Numbered from the stretch's first letter, positions 48,620 to 62,043 are shown. The stretch is DNA of 64,000 bases from Eledone cirrhosa (GCA_964016885.1 OZ024741.1:72912001-72976000); one strand, 5' to 3'. A program made the numbers and translations. The notes: generated from the sequence alone by a model not told the origin.

Positions 48620-51600
48620 CAGCGTGATAATGCCACACAAAAATCACGTGGAGTGACGAAATCACCGGTGGTTATGTAACCATACATTCGCCAATCCTCG
48701 ATAAGAGTGTTAAAATGTCGAACCTAAACAGTTCGAATAACGGTGAAATGGAGACTAGAATGTCATGTGACAGACTCTCACCCAGCAGGTGTTCCTTGGC
48801 TCAGCAGCAGGGACCTGGCTGTCAACCAAATACTGCTGGTGTCGGAGGAAGAAGAAGAAGGAAAGGGACCAGAACCAACTGGACGAAAGAATTGAATAGA
48901 ACTGTTATGCAATTTTACCTGAAGAGTAACCCTAAGGAGAAAGGCTATAGGAAACGGATGCATAACATCTGGAACGAGATTGGTCTATTTAAATTAGATG
49001 AACAAAAATTGGCCGGGCAGGCTCGGGTAATAAGAACTAATGGGTGGATAAGCGAGCTGGAACTGGAGGAACTGAGCAGAGAGATTAGCTTGGAGATGGA
49101 GAGTGGAGTATGCCAGGCAAACGAGCCAGTGGGAAATGAAGGTGAAGAGGTCGAGAGAACGGAGGAACCACCCGAAGCAGACAACGAACTGAATGCTGAG
49201 ATAAATAATACCTCGAACAGAGATACGGCCACTGAGGAGATGAATGCTGACAGGCTAGGACAAGATTTGGTTGATATCCTAAACTTAGTGGTAGATGAAT
49301 TGAACAATGATAGTGGGAGACCTATGAACCTAAGATTTGTAGACAGGAAAAAGTTAAAAGAAACAACAGCTAAGGTAAACAAAGTCATCCCATACCTTGA
49401 GGCGAGGAGCCTTCACCAGTGCAACAATATCCTCAAAGCAACAGCAAATACGGTGAGGAAACTACTTGGTATAAAAGCAAGAGGAAACAACAGACAAGAA
49501 AGAGCAGAGCCTTGGTGGAAGAAACGACTGAGTGGTAAAATCAGGGAAATGAGAAATGACATTGGAAAGCTTGAGTCCCTACTGAATGGGACACTAAAAA
49601 ACATAGACACTAAAAATAGACTGGAAATAAAGTACAAAACTAGGAGGAAAAAGCTAAATATTATCATAGAGGAACTGAAGCAACGCATTGTAGCAAAGAG
49701 TGCAAAAATCAGGCGATACGAGAACAGAGTCAGTCAGTATAGACAGAACCACATGTTCGACAACAACCAGAAGATGCTGTTTGGACAGCTTGAAGGGAAA
49801 GAAAGAGGCAACGACTTGATCCCTGAGGCGGAACAAACTAAAACATTCTGGAAAGGAATATGGGAGCAGGATGTTAAACATAATGATCAGGCAGTGTGGA
49901 TTGAGACAGTACAGAAGGAGATTAGTGAACAGGCACACCAACAAACTGATTTGAGTATCACAGTTGAAACTCTTAAGGGGCAGGCCAAAAAACTAACCAA
50001 CTGGAAATCACCAGGCCCAGATGGTGTGCAGGGGTATTGGATTAAAAATATAACATCCCTCCACCCGAAACTGACAACCATGTTCAATGACTGCTTGATG
50101 TCAGGTGAGGTACCAGAGTGGTTGACAAAAGGTACCACAGTTCTGATAATGAAAGACTGAATCAAGGGTAATGATGTTACCAACTATAGACCTATCACAT
50201 GTCTGTCCGTAATGTGGAAACTGTTGACAAGCATTATGTCTGAGGAAATCTACCATCACCTCCACACAAACAACTTGTTACCGGACGAACAGAAAGGATG
50301 CCGAAAGAAGTTACGTGGTACAAAAGACCAGTTACTTATTGATAAGATGGTAATGAGGAATTGCAAGAGGAGACACACTGGTCTTGCCATGGGATGGATA
50401 GACTACAAAAAGGCATTTGACATGGTGCCTCATTCTTTGATCACCAAAAGCCTAGAGATCTTCAGGGTGGCAGATAACATCAGACAGTTGTTGGGCAAAA
50501 GTATGAAGTCCTGGGAAACAGAGTTAACATCAACTGAGGAATCCTTGGGAAGCGTGAAGATCAAGAGGGGTATCTTCCAGGGAGATAGTCTGTCCCCTCT
50601 GTTGTTTGTCCTTGCCCTGATGCCCCTGACCAGTGTACTGCGAAAAGTGAGAGCAGGATACAGGTTGGGAAAGGGAGGGCTTACCATCAATCACCTCCTC
50701 TTCATGGACGATCTTAAGCTCTTCGGGAAGAGTGAGAAGGAGTTGGATGTGCTTGTTGACACTGTCCGTATTTCCAGCAATGATATATGTATGCAATTTG
50801 GTATTAATAAGTGTGGAGTCATTGTGATGAAGAGGGGTAAGTTGAGCAGAAGTAACGGAGTCCAGGTACCAACAGGTAAGATGATAAAGGAAATTGACTC
50901 TGAAGAAGGATACAAGTATTTGGGTGTTCTGGAGGCTGATGACATCAAGAACAAAAAAATGAAGGAATTGATAAGAACTGAATACATTCGGAGAGTAAGG
51001 AGCGTATTAAAGTCACATCTGAACAGTAGGAATGCCATAAGTGCAGTAAATTCCCGAGCTGTGTCTATTATTAGGTACAGTGCGGGAATTCTGAGATGGA
51101 ACGTTGCTGAACAAGAAGAAATGGATAGGAAGACTAGGAAGCTATTGACTATCTACAACATGTTCCACGAGAGGAGTGATGTCGATAGACTCTACTTAAG
51201 GAAATCTGAAGGTGGAAAAGGTCTTATCAGCATAGAGGACTGTGTTCAGATGGAGAAAAACAACCTAGACAAATACGTGACTGATAGTAAGGAGCCAATG
51301 CTCAGAACTGTACTGAAGGAGGGGACAATAGGCCAGGGGATGTCCAAGGAGGAAATAACATCAAGGAGAAAGAGCAGCCTTGAGGAAAAATCCCTTCATA
51401 GTACCTTCTTTGAGAAAACTGAATTTAGAGATCCACAGACATGGAACTGGTTGAAAAGAGGAGATCTTAAAAAGGCTACAGAAGGAATGCTAATGGCTGC
51501 GCAGGAGCAGGCCCTCAAGACGAAGTGGTTGAAACACCATATTTACAAGGAGGAGGCTAGCCCACTGTGCAGGATCTGTGGAGAGAGAGGAGACTGTGGC

Positions 51601-52212
51601 TCACATTGTATCAGAGTGTAAACACCTAGCCCAGACTCACTATAAGGGCTGGAGACATGATGTGATGGGCAGGGTGATCCACTGGCACCTATGCAAAGTA
51701 AACAATTTACCACATTCTGAGAAGTGGTATGAGCATAAACCAGAGTCGGTGATAGAAAACGATCAGGTGAAGGTGCTGTGGGATTTTAGGATACAGACGG
51801 ACAAGAAACTGGAACACAATAGACCTGACCTGGTGGTTGTGGACAAAGAAAAAAGATCGTGCCTGATTGTGGATGTGGCCTGCCCATTCGACACGAGAGT
51901 GCAAGAGAAGGAGAGGGAGAAAATTAACCGATACCAGGACTTAAAGTGGGAGGTAAAAAGGATTTGGAACTGCCATGAAGTCAAAGTGGTCCCGGTTGTC
52001 ATAGGCGCACTAGGTACTATCTCAAAAAGTTTCCAGGGAAGGTTAAAGAAAATTGGCCCCTTCACGCTTTTTGGAACGCTTCAAAAGGCATGCTTGCTGG
52101 GAACAGCAAGAACCCTCCGATACGTCCTGAAAATCTGAGGCTGCAGGTAGTGGCTTGATATTCATTTCAACAAACTTTCCAGTTAACTAACATCAATGAC
52201 TGAGACTCAAAG
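48620..52212 (+). mobile_element. Near full-length R4/Dong-like RLE LINE, family B (5' boundary approximate)
   Basis: RT-RLE ORF fragments; 3'UTR matches 33485-33558; degenerate (AAT)n tail at 52213-52245. Confidence 0.9.
48715..52138 (+). pseudogene. RT-RLE ORF, disrupted
   Basis: In-frame TGA at 50158-50160 ([17 protein letters not shown]) and a 2-bp loss in a (GA)n run near 51585 compared with the copy at 32921-32940; LFMDDLK and RPDLVVVD. Confidence 0.9.
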
Positions 52213-52242
52213 AACAATAATAATAATAATGATAATAATAAT

Positions 52243-52430
52243 AATTGTTCCACTATTGGCACAAGGTCAGCAATTACCCAGTGCATTACTGATACTTTAT
52301 TTTATCGAACCCACAAGGATGAAAGGCAAAGTTAACCTCGGTGGGATTTGAACTCAGAATGGCAAGGGCTGTAACTCTATGCGTCAAAGCATGGCGTCCG
52401 ACCTTCTACCGATACTGACAATCCACCGCC
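52243..52430 (-). mobile_element. tRNA-derived SINE (same family as 58777-58963)
   Basis: Reverse complement carries the GGCGGTGGATTG head, B box, core and CCTTGTGCC tail. Confidence 0.85.
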
Positions 52431-52440
52431 ATAATAATAA

Positions 52441-52488
<48 letters not shown>

Positions 52489-52670
52489 TGATAATAGTAA
52501 CAGTCACAATGATAATGACATCACCACCTCCACCCCACCACCACAAACAACAAAAACACCACCACCAACAACAACACAACCACCACCACTACCACCACCA
52601 CTAACAACATCTCCACCAACAGCAGCAACACCACCACCACCACCACCACCACCACCACCACCACCACCAA
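52431..52670. repeat. (AAT)n and (CCA)n simple repeats
   Basis: Read directly. Confidence 0.85.
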
Positions 52671-53074
52671 TGAATGTCTTTAATAACTGAGAAAGTTGGC
52701 AGATGTAAATCTTTTGTGGAGCTTAATAAGTTCAGAACTTCACACAAAGTCTATATTTCTCTTCTTACTTCGCACAAAAGCATTGGAAATTTCAATGGAA
52801 TGCTCCGAAGATACACTTATCGTTTATAATAGAAAGAGATGACACATGCAGTCTCTTGGAATGTCATTGTGTCACGGAGTTTCCCCTGGAAGGAGAACTG
52901 ACATGTTGGACGAATGAAGTGAAGACGAAACCTGAGCTTTTATATCTCTTTATGAGGAGAGTTACACCTGTCATGTCTGCTGCATCCGCTGGCAATAATT
53001 CTGGCTATTGTTAACAGCAGCCATTTTAATGTATTCATAGCGCTCTTTCAGGTTTCCAGTTATGTATTAATGTG

Positions 53075-54300
53075 GTTGTTATTGTTGGTGTTGTCGTCGT
53101 TTCTGTGGTTATTGTTGTTGTCATTGATATGATTGTTGCAGATGTTGTTGTTGCGTTTATTGCTGTTGTGGCTGTTGTAGTTGATATAGTAGTAGTAGTT
53201 GTTGTTGTTGCTGATTCCCTTATGACATTGTTCAGATAAAAATAGAAATAATGAGATATGTGGTGTTGGTGGTGGTAATGCTGGTGTCGGTGGCGGTTGT
53301 GGTATTGGTGGTAGTTGTGGTGGTATTGGTGGTGGTAGTGCTGGTGTCAGTGGCGGTTGTGGTGTTGTTGGGATCGTGGTATTGGTGGTAGTTGTGGTGG
53401 TATTGATGATAGGAGCCGTTGTGGTTGTAACTGTGTTGGTGGTTGTGGTGGTATTGGTGGTGATATCGGTGGTGGTTGTGGCGGTATTGGTGGCGGTTGT
53501 GGTATTGGTGGTGGTTGTGGTGGTATTGGTGGTGGTTGTGGTGGTGGTTGTGGTGGTGTTGGTGGTGGTTGTGGTATTGATGGTATTGGTAGTGGTTGTG
53601 GTGGTGTTGGTGGTGGTAGTGGTGGTGTCGGTGGCGATTGTGGTGGTGTTGGTGGCGGTTGTGGCGATTGTGGTGGCGTTGGCAGCGGTTGTGGCGGTTG
53701 TGGTTGTGTTGGTAATGGTTATGGTGTTGTTGGGGTCGTGGTATTGGTGGTAGTTGTGGTGGTATTGATAGGAGTTGTGGTTGTGACAGGACTGTGTTGG
53801 TGGTTGTGGTGGTGTTGGTGGTGGTTGTGGTGGTGTTGGTGGTGGTTGTGGTGGTATTGGTGGTGGTATTGGTAATGGTTATGGTGTTGTTGGGGTGGTA
53901 TTGATAGGAGTTGTGGTTGTGACTGTGTTGGTGCTTGTGGTGGTATTGGTGGTGGTTGTGGTGGTTGTGGTGGTGGTTGTGGTGGTTGTGGTGGTTGTGG
54001 TGGTTGTGGTGGTGGTGGTGGTGGTGGTGATTGTCATGGTGTTAGCTGTGATGGCGGTGGAGGTATTGCTAGTATTGGTGTTGGTAGTGGTTGGCAATAG
54101 TGGTTACGGTGGTTGTGATAATACTGGTAATGGTGTTTATAGATGTTGTGGTTATAAGAATGGTTGTGATGGTAGTGGTAGTAGTACTGGTGTTGTTGAT
54201 GTGATGGTTATGAAGGTGGTGATTGTGGTGGTCATAGTTGTCGTCATGGCAGTTGTGATGGTGGTGGTTGTGAGAGTAATTGTTTTGATGGTGGCGGTCA
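53075..54300. repeat. GGT/GTT low-complexity repeat
   Basis: Read directly. Confidence 0.85.
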
Positions 54301-54301
54301 G

Positions 54302-55523
54302 GATGGTGATGGTGTGGTGGTGGTAGTTTTGGTAGTGGTAAATATGATGGTGATGATTGTTGTGGTGGTGATGGTGTGGTGGTGGTAGTTTTGGTAGTGG
54401 TAAATGTGATGGTGATGATTGTGGTGGTGGTGGTGTGGTGGTGGTAGTTTTGGTAGTGGTAAATGTGATGGTGATGATTGTGGTGGTGGTGGTGTGGTGG
54501 TGGTAGTTTTGGTAGTGGTAAATGTGATGGTGATGATTGTGGTGGTGGTGGTGGTGGTGGTGGTGGTGGTGGTACTTTTGGTAGTGGTAAATGTGATGGT
54601 GATGATTGTGGTGGTGGTGGTGGTGTGGTGGTGGTAGTTTTGGTAGTGGTAAATGTGATGGTGATGATTGTGGTGGTGGTGGTGGTGTGGTGGCGGTAGT
54701 TTTGGTAGTGGTAAATGTGATGGTGATGATTGTGGTGGTGGTGGTGGTGTGGTGGTGGTAGTTTTGGTAGTGGTAAATGTGATGGTGATGATTGTGGTGG
54801 TGGTGGTGGTGGTGGTGGTGGTGGTGGTGGTGGTACTTTTGGTAGTGGTAAATGTGATGGTGATGATTGTGGTGGTCGTGGTGGTGGTGTGGTGGTGGTA
54901 GTTTTGGTAGTGGTTAATGTGATGGTGATGATTGTGGTGGTGGTGGTGGTGTGGTGGTGGTAGTTTTGGTAGTGGTAAATGTGATGGTGATGATTGTGGT
55001 GGTGGTGTGGTGGTGGTGGTAGTGGTGGTAAATGTGATGGTGATGATTGTGGTGGTGGTGTGGTGGTGTGGTGGTGCTGGTAGTTTTGGTAGTGGTTAAT
55101 GTGATGGTGATGATTGTGGTGGTGGTGTGGTGGTGCTGGTAGTGGTAGTTTTGGTAGTGGTTAATGTGATGGTGATGATTGTGGTGGTGTGGTGGTAGTG
55201 GTAGTGGTGGTAAATGTGATGGTGATGATTGTGGTGGTGGTGGTGGTGTGGTGGTGGTGGTAGTGGTAGTAGTAAATGTGATGGTGATGATTGTGGTGGT
55301 GGTGGTGGTGGTGGTGTGGTGGTGCTGGTAGTGGTGGTAAATGTGATGGTGATGATTGTGTTGGTGGTGGTGGTGTGGTGGTGGTGGTGGTAGTGGTGGT
55401 AAATGTGATGGTGATGATTGTGGTGGTGGTGGTGGTGGTGTGGTGGTGCTGGTAGTGGTGGTAAATGTGATGGTGATGATTGTGTTGGTGGTGGTGGTGT
55501 GGTGGTGCTGGTAGTGGTGGTAG
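54302..55523. repeat. Minisatellite, unit of about 50-70 bp built from GGT repeats around GGTAGTGGTAAATGTGATGGTGATGATTGT
   Basis: About 20 tandem copies with a variable (GGT)n length. Confidence 0.9.
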
Positions 55524-55574
55524 CTCTGGTATCTGAAAGATAAATGCTGGTATTGTTGCAGGATGAAAATACAT

Positions 55575-55873
55575 ATAACCTACCACCACTACTATCACCA
55601 CAACCATCATCACAACCATCATCACGACCCTCACCACTACTATTACTACCACTATCACCACTACTATCACTATTACTATCATCATCATCACTACATCAAT
55701 ACTAACACCATCACCATCACTACATCACTACTAACATCACCGCTATCACCGACACCATTATCACCACCATCATCACCACCATCATCACCACCATCATCAC
55801 CATCACGACCATCTATATTGGAAAAGAAACATGATTATCCTCCTCCTCCTCCTCCTCCTCCTCCTCCTCCTCC

Positions 55874-55909
<36 letters not shown>

Positions 55910-56012
55910 GTAATAGCAACAGCAGTAACAGCCGTAACAGTTGTAGCGACAATAATAACACTGGTACCACTAGCAGCAGCAGTGGCCGTAATAGTAGTAG
56001 TAGTAGTAATAC

Positions 56013-56074
<62 letters not shown>

Positions 56075-56151
56075 CGTAATAGTTGTAGTAGCAGCAGCAG
56101 TAGTAGTAGTAGTATTAGTAGTAGCAGCAGCAGCAGCATGAGCAGTAGTAC

Positions 56152-56201
<50 letters not shown>

Positions 56202-56296
56202 ATAGTAGTAATAGCAGCAGTGGTCGTAATAGTTGTAGTAGCAGCAGCAGCAGTAGTAGTAGTAGTATTAGTAGTAGCAGCAGCAGCAGCATGAGC

Positions 56297-56333
<37 letters not shown>

Positions 56334-56377
56334 TTAGTAGTAGCAGCAGCAGCAGCATGAGCAGTAGGAGTAGTAGC

Positions 56378-56444
<67 letters not shown>

Positions 56445-57885
56445 ACAGCCGTAAAAACAACAGTAGCAGGAACAACAACAGAAATAATAACAACAGCAGT
56501 AACAACAACAGTAACAGTAATATCAACAACAATAACAACAACAGTAACAGCAACAGCAGCAATAAAAAAAGCTGCAGTATTTCAACAGCAACAACAATAT
56601 CAACAACAGTAACAACAACAATAACAACAACAGTAACAACAATAACAACAACAATAACAACAACAGTAACAACAACAGTAACAACAGTAACAACAACAAT
56701 AACAACAACAATAACAACAACAATAACAACAACAATAACAACAACAGTAACAACAATAAAAACAACAGTAACAACAACAATAACAACAACAATAACAACA
56801 ACAATAACAACAACAGTAACAACAACAGTAACAACAACAATAACAACAACAATAACAACAACAATAACAACAACAGTAACAACAACAGTAACAACAACAA
56901 TAACAACAACAATAACAACAACAATAACAACAACAGTAACAACAACAGTAACAACAACAGTAACAACAACAGTAACAACAGCAGTAACAACAGTAACAAC
57001 AATATCAACAACAATAACCACAATATCAACAACAATATCAACAACAGTAACAACAACAGTAACAACAACAGTAACAACAACAGTAACAACAACAGTAACA
57101 ACAATAACTACAACAATAACAACAACAGTAACAACAACAGTAACAACAGTAACAACAGTAACAACAATATCAACAACAGTAACCACAATATCAACAACAA
57201 TATCAACAACAGTAACAACAATAACAACAACAATAACAACAACAGTAACAACAACAGTAACAACAGTAACAACAGTAACAACAATATCAACAACAGTAAC
57301 CACAATATCAACAACAGTAACAACAACTGCAGTAATCAATAACAGCAGCAACACAGCAGCAGTAATATCAGCGACAATAGCAGTAACATCAACAGCAGCA
57401 GTAATATCAACAACAACAACAGTAATAACCACAACAGTAACAACAACAGCAGCAGTAATATCAACAACAACAACAGTAATAACCACAACAGTAACATCAA
57501 CAGCAGCAGTAATATCAACAACAACAACAGTAATAACCACAACAGCAGCAGTAATAACAACAACAGCAATAGTAGTAACAACAAAAGCAGTAATATTAGC
57601 AACATCAACAGTAATATCAGAGACAGCAGCAGCAATAACAACACCGACAGTTACAACAACAGTAGTAACAACAACAGCAGCAGTAATAACAACAACAGTA
57701 GTAATATTAGCAGCAGCAGAAGTAACAGCAAAAGTAGTAACAACAACAGCAGCAGCAGCAGTAATATCAACAATAGTAACGACTTCGCGACTGTAACAAC
57801 AACAGCAGTAACAACAGTAGTAACAACAACAGAGACAATATAACAGCAGCAGCTGTATTATCAAAAACAGTAACAACAACAACCA
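55575..57885. repeat. Compound trinucleotide repeats (CAT/CAC, CCT, AGT/AGC, AAC/ACA)
   Basis: Read directly; produces long artefactual ORFs. Confidence 0.92.
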
Positions 57886-57894
57886 CCCACAGTA

Positions 57895-58600
57895 TATCTT
57901 TTCGTGCGGCCTCCAAACCCCACAGTGGTGCCTGGCTCCATGCCAAGCCCCCCCTTCTCCACTGGAACGCAGCTAGACAACCATAGCCTGCGCATCGGCG
58001 TTTCCCTGAGGCTCGGCCTCCGGTTCTGTCAGCCACACCAATGTCGCTGCGGTTCCACCGTGGACTCTTTCGGCCTCCACCTGTCGCCACAGTGTCGGCT
58101 GCATTCCACGCCATGCTGCCCTCAACGAGGTCATTAAGCATGGCTTGGACGCTGCAGGCTTCCCTTCCCAGCTCGAGCCGGTTGCTGGACCGAGGGGATG
58201 GCAAAAGGCCAAATGGCATGACCATCTTCCCGTATCGCGGTGGCAAACCCCTCGTCTGGGATGCTACTTGCACCGACACTTTCTGCAGCCGCAACCTGGT
58301 GCAGTCTGCAACTGACCCAGGTTCTGCTACACGTCGGGCTAAGGGGGCCAAACTCCTCAAATACCGGTCGCTCTCCGACAGGTTTGCGGTCTTACCCCTG
58401 GCAGTGGAGACTTCTGGTGTCCTCGGCCCCAAGGCTACCTCCCTACTCACCACCATAGGCGCTGAGCTGGCCAGCCGCAGGTGTGAGCCTCGCGAGCTGG
58501 AGTAGATTTTCCAGCGCGTCTCCCTTGCCGTCCTCCGGGGAAACGCCTTCTCCATTCTGCCCGCCGGGGCTGTGGGTGGGCCCCATCGCGTACCGTTGTA
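57895..58600 (+). mobile_element. 5'-truncated CRE-like RLE retrotransposon remnant
   Basis: GC-rich; translates across frameshifts to HSGAWLHA.P, LRIGVSLRLG, CRCG..H, GKRPNG, LVWDATC, K..KY, PLAVETSG and QRVSLAVLRGNA, which I recognise as the CRE-clade C-terminus. Confidence 0.75.
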
Positions 58601-58776
58601 GTTGTTGCAGAAGAAACAGGAAGACAACAACTGGAAAGTTTGATTTTCTACTTTATCATTTGCTTCTGCACTGAAATATATATACATACATAGTAGAACA
58701 TTTATAGTGGGTACATCATATGTCCCAAATACTCTGTTAACTTGCTTGATTAGTATTGACTGACATTATCTCAAAG

Positions 58777-58963
58777 GGCGGTGGATTGGCAGTATCGGTA
58801 GAGGGTTGGACGCCATGCTTTTTAGCATAGTTACGTCCCTTTACAGTCTGAGTTCAAATCCCGCCGAGGTTAACTTTTCCTTTCATCCTTACGGGTCGAT
58901 AAAATAAAGTACCAGTAATACACTGGGTAATTGCTGGCCTTGTGCCAAAAGTAGAAACAATTA
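58777..58963 (+). mobile_element. Full-length tRNA-derived SINE with 8-bp TSD
   Basis: A box TGGCAGTATCGG, B box GAGTTCAAATCC, Nin/Deu-like core; ATTATCTC repeated at 58765-58772 and 58960-58967. Confidence 0.87.
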
Positions 58964-58999
58964 TCTCTCTATAGTATATCAACAGTAGCAGTAATATCA

Positions 59000-59274
59000 C
59001 AGGGGCAGTGGAAGCATTTCTGAATGATCGGGAGGGGGGGGGGAGCAAATTTGGCAATTTAGTTGTAGTGATTAGTTTAGCTGTTATTATCAAATATCAA
59101 CCAAGATATATTAAAAAAAACAACATTCGATATCCGATAAACATACATGTATATATATTGTAGCGTATATACAAATAAATATGTTTTGTTAGTTTGTGGA
59201 AAACATATAATATAATTATTGAAAGGGGTGGGGTATGTCCCCCCCCCCCAGCCCCTCCAGTTTCACCGCCCATG
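59000..59274. mobile_element. Putative MITE
   Basis: Imperfect terminal inverted repeats CAGGGGCAGTGGAAGC...GTTTCACCGCCCATG with internal G-run and C-run; TATCA flanks both ends. Confidence 0.5.
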
Positions 59275-59500
59275 TATCAACAATAACAGCAGTAACAACA
59301 ATAGTAGTAACAACAACAACAGTAGTAACAACAACAGCAGCAGTAACTGTACTTTTCACTCTGACTCAATAGTAGAAAAACAAAACAAAACAAGAAATAT
59401 TGACTGTTAAGCAGGCTAGATAGTTCTGTCTGCTAAGTTTTGTTTATTTTATAATACACCAGCGACGATTATTATAGAGTAAACCAAATCATAACTATAA

Positions 59501-59892
59501 TAATTGTTTCTACTTTTGGCACAAGGCCAGCAATTATCCCAATGTATTACTGGTACTTTATTTTATCGACCCCGTAAGGATGAAAGGCAAAGTTAAACTC
59601 GGTGGGATTTGAACTCTGAACATAAAGGGCCGTAACTCTTTGTTGCAAAGCATGGTGTTTGACCCTCTACCGATACTGCCAATCCACCGCCCTTTGCCAA
59701 TCCACCCTTTAATAATCGTTTCTACTTTTGGCACAAGGCCAGCAATTAGCCAGTACATTACCGGTACTTTACTTTATCGACCATGTAAGGAGGAAAGGCA
59801 AAGTTAACCTCGGCGGGATTTGAACTCAGTCCGTAAACGGACGTAACTCTGCTGCAAAGCATGGCGTCCGACCCTCTACCGATACTGCCAAT
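59501..59892 (-). mobile_element. Two tandem copies of the tRNA-derived SINE (about 59501-59691 and 59711-59892)
   Basis: Each matches the reverse complement of 58777-58963. Confidence 0.85.
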
Positions 59893-59903
59893 CAACTATA
59901 ATA

Positions 59904-60247
59904 ATAAAGAGTAAAGACCTCCTTTGGTCTTGAATGACCATGGGATCTGTACCGAGAAAGTTCTCTTTCGAGGCACAAGCCCAGGCAAGGTGTTTTTGTG
60001 GAAGACCAGCAATCACCCATGTATACCAGTCTCCCCTCTCCACCTCACCGATGTTGTCCAAGGGAAAGACAAAGGACGATACTACTTGGTATCAATGACG
60101 TCGCAACTTATTTTTTCCAGCTGAGTAAACTGGAGCAACTTGAAATAAAGTGTCTTGTTCAAGGACCCTACGCATCACCCGGTCCGAGAATTGATCTCAC
60201 CACCTCCCGATTGCATGCCCAACGCTCTAACCACTAAACCATGCGTC
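59904..60247 (-). mobile_element. Second SINE family, tRNA head + CORE-like segment
   Basis: Minus strand reads GACGCATGGTTTAGTGGTTAGAGCG (A box), a degenerate B box, then CCTTGAACAAGACACTTTATTTC (CORE-like). Confidence 0.65.
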
Positions 60248-60944
60248 TTTATAGTAAACAAAATAGCACATTAATAAATTGGGTACGCATAAACCGTGTT
60301 GCTGTTTAGCCTCTTATCAGCCCTTAATTGTACAGATTTATCATCATAGGGTATTACGGCCATGACCATACCATTTTTAGGCGTTTGTACTACTCCATTA
60401 AGTCATGAAGAGGCAGAACGTCAATTGTTTGTGGTATATTTTCCGGCTCTCTGTAATCTGGGTTTAAATCCTGTTGAGGTCAACTTTATCTTTCATTCTT
60501 TCGAGGTCAATACAAAAGAACCTGTGCTGTACGACTCTTCCATTTATATCACTCTCTCACTTTGTCTCTATCACTCACCTGCTCCTCTCTCCTTCTTCGG
60601 AAGAAATTGGTTGTGTTCAGGTCCGGAGAAGTGACGGGCTTCCCCAGTTTTAAAATGTCCAAGTAACGTCGCACGTCATGATGCTGCTCTTACGATGCAA
60701 TTAAGATTTTCGTGTTCATATATTTCTATCCATCCATCCATAATTCATATATACATACATACAACATGCATATACATGAGCTCTGCCGTCGAGGTCTTGA
60801 ACATTTTCCTATTACCCACTCTACTACCCTAAGTATTGAGTACTCTGGTGCGTTTTGGTTCCTTACCACACTTCCTACGTTTTATATATATATATACACA
60901 TAATACATACATAATACATACATAATACATACATACATACATGA

Positions 60945-61336
60945 TTATGGCTGCCCCCTCTTCATCGAGCATGGACATTGCACGATATAACATAATTAAT
61001 AATTATCAATAAATTCTATCGTGCAATGCCTGTGCGTGAATATTTTTTTAAAGTGAGGAAAGACTGTGCACTGAGCCAATCCCACTCTCTGAGCGACAGT
61101 AGCTATAACCCGAAAAGAAGAAAAGCTCAACATCATCGGTAACTACTCAGCCGCAGGTTGTATATCGGAGTATCCCAGTTTCCTCAGTTGCCTTCTCCTA
61201 GAAGATTGCCCTGTCAAAGGCTAGGTGTCCTTCACTCACAGTTGTCCAACCACGCGATCGGGTATCCAGCCCAATTATTTCTATGCCCCCGCGCATATAC
61301 ATACATATGCATACACATATATACATACATACATAC

Positions 61337-61367
<31 letters not shown>

Positions 61368-61369
61368 CA

Positions 61370-61401
<32 letters not shown>

Positions 61402-62039
61402 CACATGTACATATATATATATTTACACATTCTTTTTTGGATGCATACACACATACATGGTGGCTGCCAACTCGTTTTCGAGTACGGCCACTACTTTATA
61501 TCCATGTAGGTGAACCTCTACCGATGCGCTGAACAAGTGTGACTTTTTAGTCCAGCCAGCGACTTGAAAACTCTGGTACAAACACTACACTTGTGACAAT
61601 TATTGACACATAGTGCTGGGCCCTGGGCTCCAGATATAAAGCAATGCCTGTGCTGTGAAGCTTTTATAGTGAGCAAAGGCACTGCACAAAGCCAGTCCCA
61701 CTCTCTTAACCAAGATGATATTTACCAAAAAGAAGAACAAGTCAACATCATTGGATACGATCAGGGTTGCAGGTGTTATATCAGAGTTTTCCTTCTCCTA
61801 GAATTCTGCCTTGACAAAGGCTAAGGGGTCATCGCTTCCGGTGATTTTGGATGGCCATTGACTCTTAAGAGCTCCTTTGACCTTTGACAAGTTTTGTTTA
61901 TAGTCCTGCATGATGTCCAAAGTCACCCTCCTCACCAAGAAACCTTGGTGGGGTTGCCAGTTTAGTTGCCAACGACCCGACCATGAGACAGGTTGTACTG
62001 GGATACATGTTACCAGTAGCACCAACTGGTGACCTGACA
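60945..62039 (-). mobile_element. Two diverged short repeats (about 60945-61270 and 61610-62039) resembling RTE-type 5'UTR-derived non-autonomous elements, flanked by (TACA)n
   Basis: Both share GCAATGCCTGTGC, CCCACTCTCT, TCAACATCAT and CCTTCTCCTAGAA..GCC..TG.CAAAGGCTA; the family assignment is from memory of RTE 5' ends. Confidence 0.45.
61295..61420. repeat. (TACA)n microsatellite
   Basis: Read directly. Confidence 0.9.
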
Positions 62040-62043
62040 TAAA

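Noticed and set aside
48620-48830. Ribozyme at the 5' end of RLE family B
   Set aside because: Only a simple hairpin (near 48770-48823) is visible; I could not build an HDV or hammerhead topology.
52690-53060. Complex-sequence island between simple repeats as a possible host exon
   Set aside because: The frames I translated close quickly and show no recognisable motif.
53357-53875. Gly/Cys-rich ORF resembling keratin-associated or shell proteins
   Set aside because: It comes from GGT/TGT low-complexity DNA with a non-ATG start, and overlapping frames give poly-Val; a real exon cannot be supported.
54302-55523. Repeat-spacer appearance suggesting a CRISPR array
   Set aside because: The intervening sequence is only variable (GGT)n rather than unique spacers; there are no cas genes and the context is eukaryotic.
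55813-57882. Long ORFs (604 aa Ser/Thr mucin-like on +, 689 aa Val/Leu on -)
   Set aside because: They are translations of AGT/AAC trinucleotide repeats open on both strands, with no ATG context, signal peptide or splice evidence.
58777-58870. tRNA gene (A and B boxes present)
   Set aside because: No cloverleaf; it continues into a SINE core and tail, with a TSD and many diverged copies.
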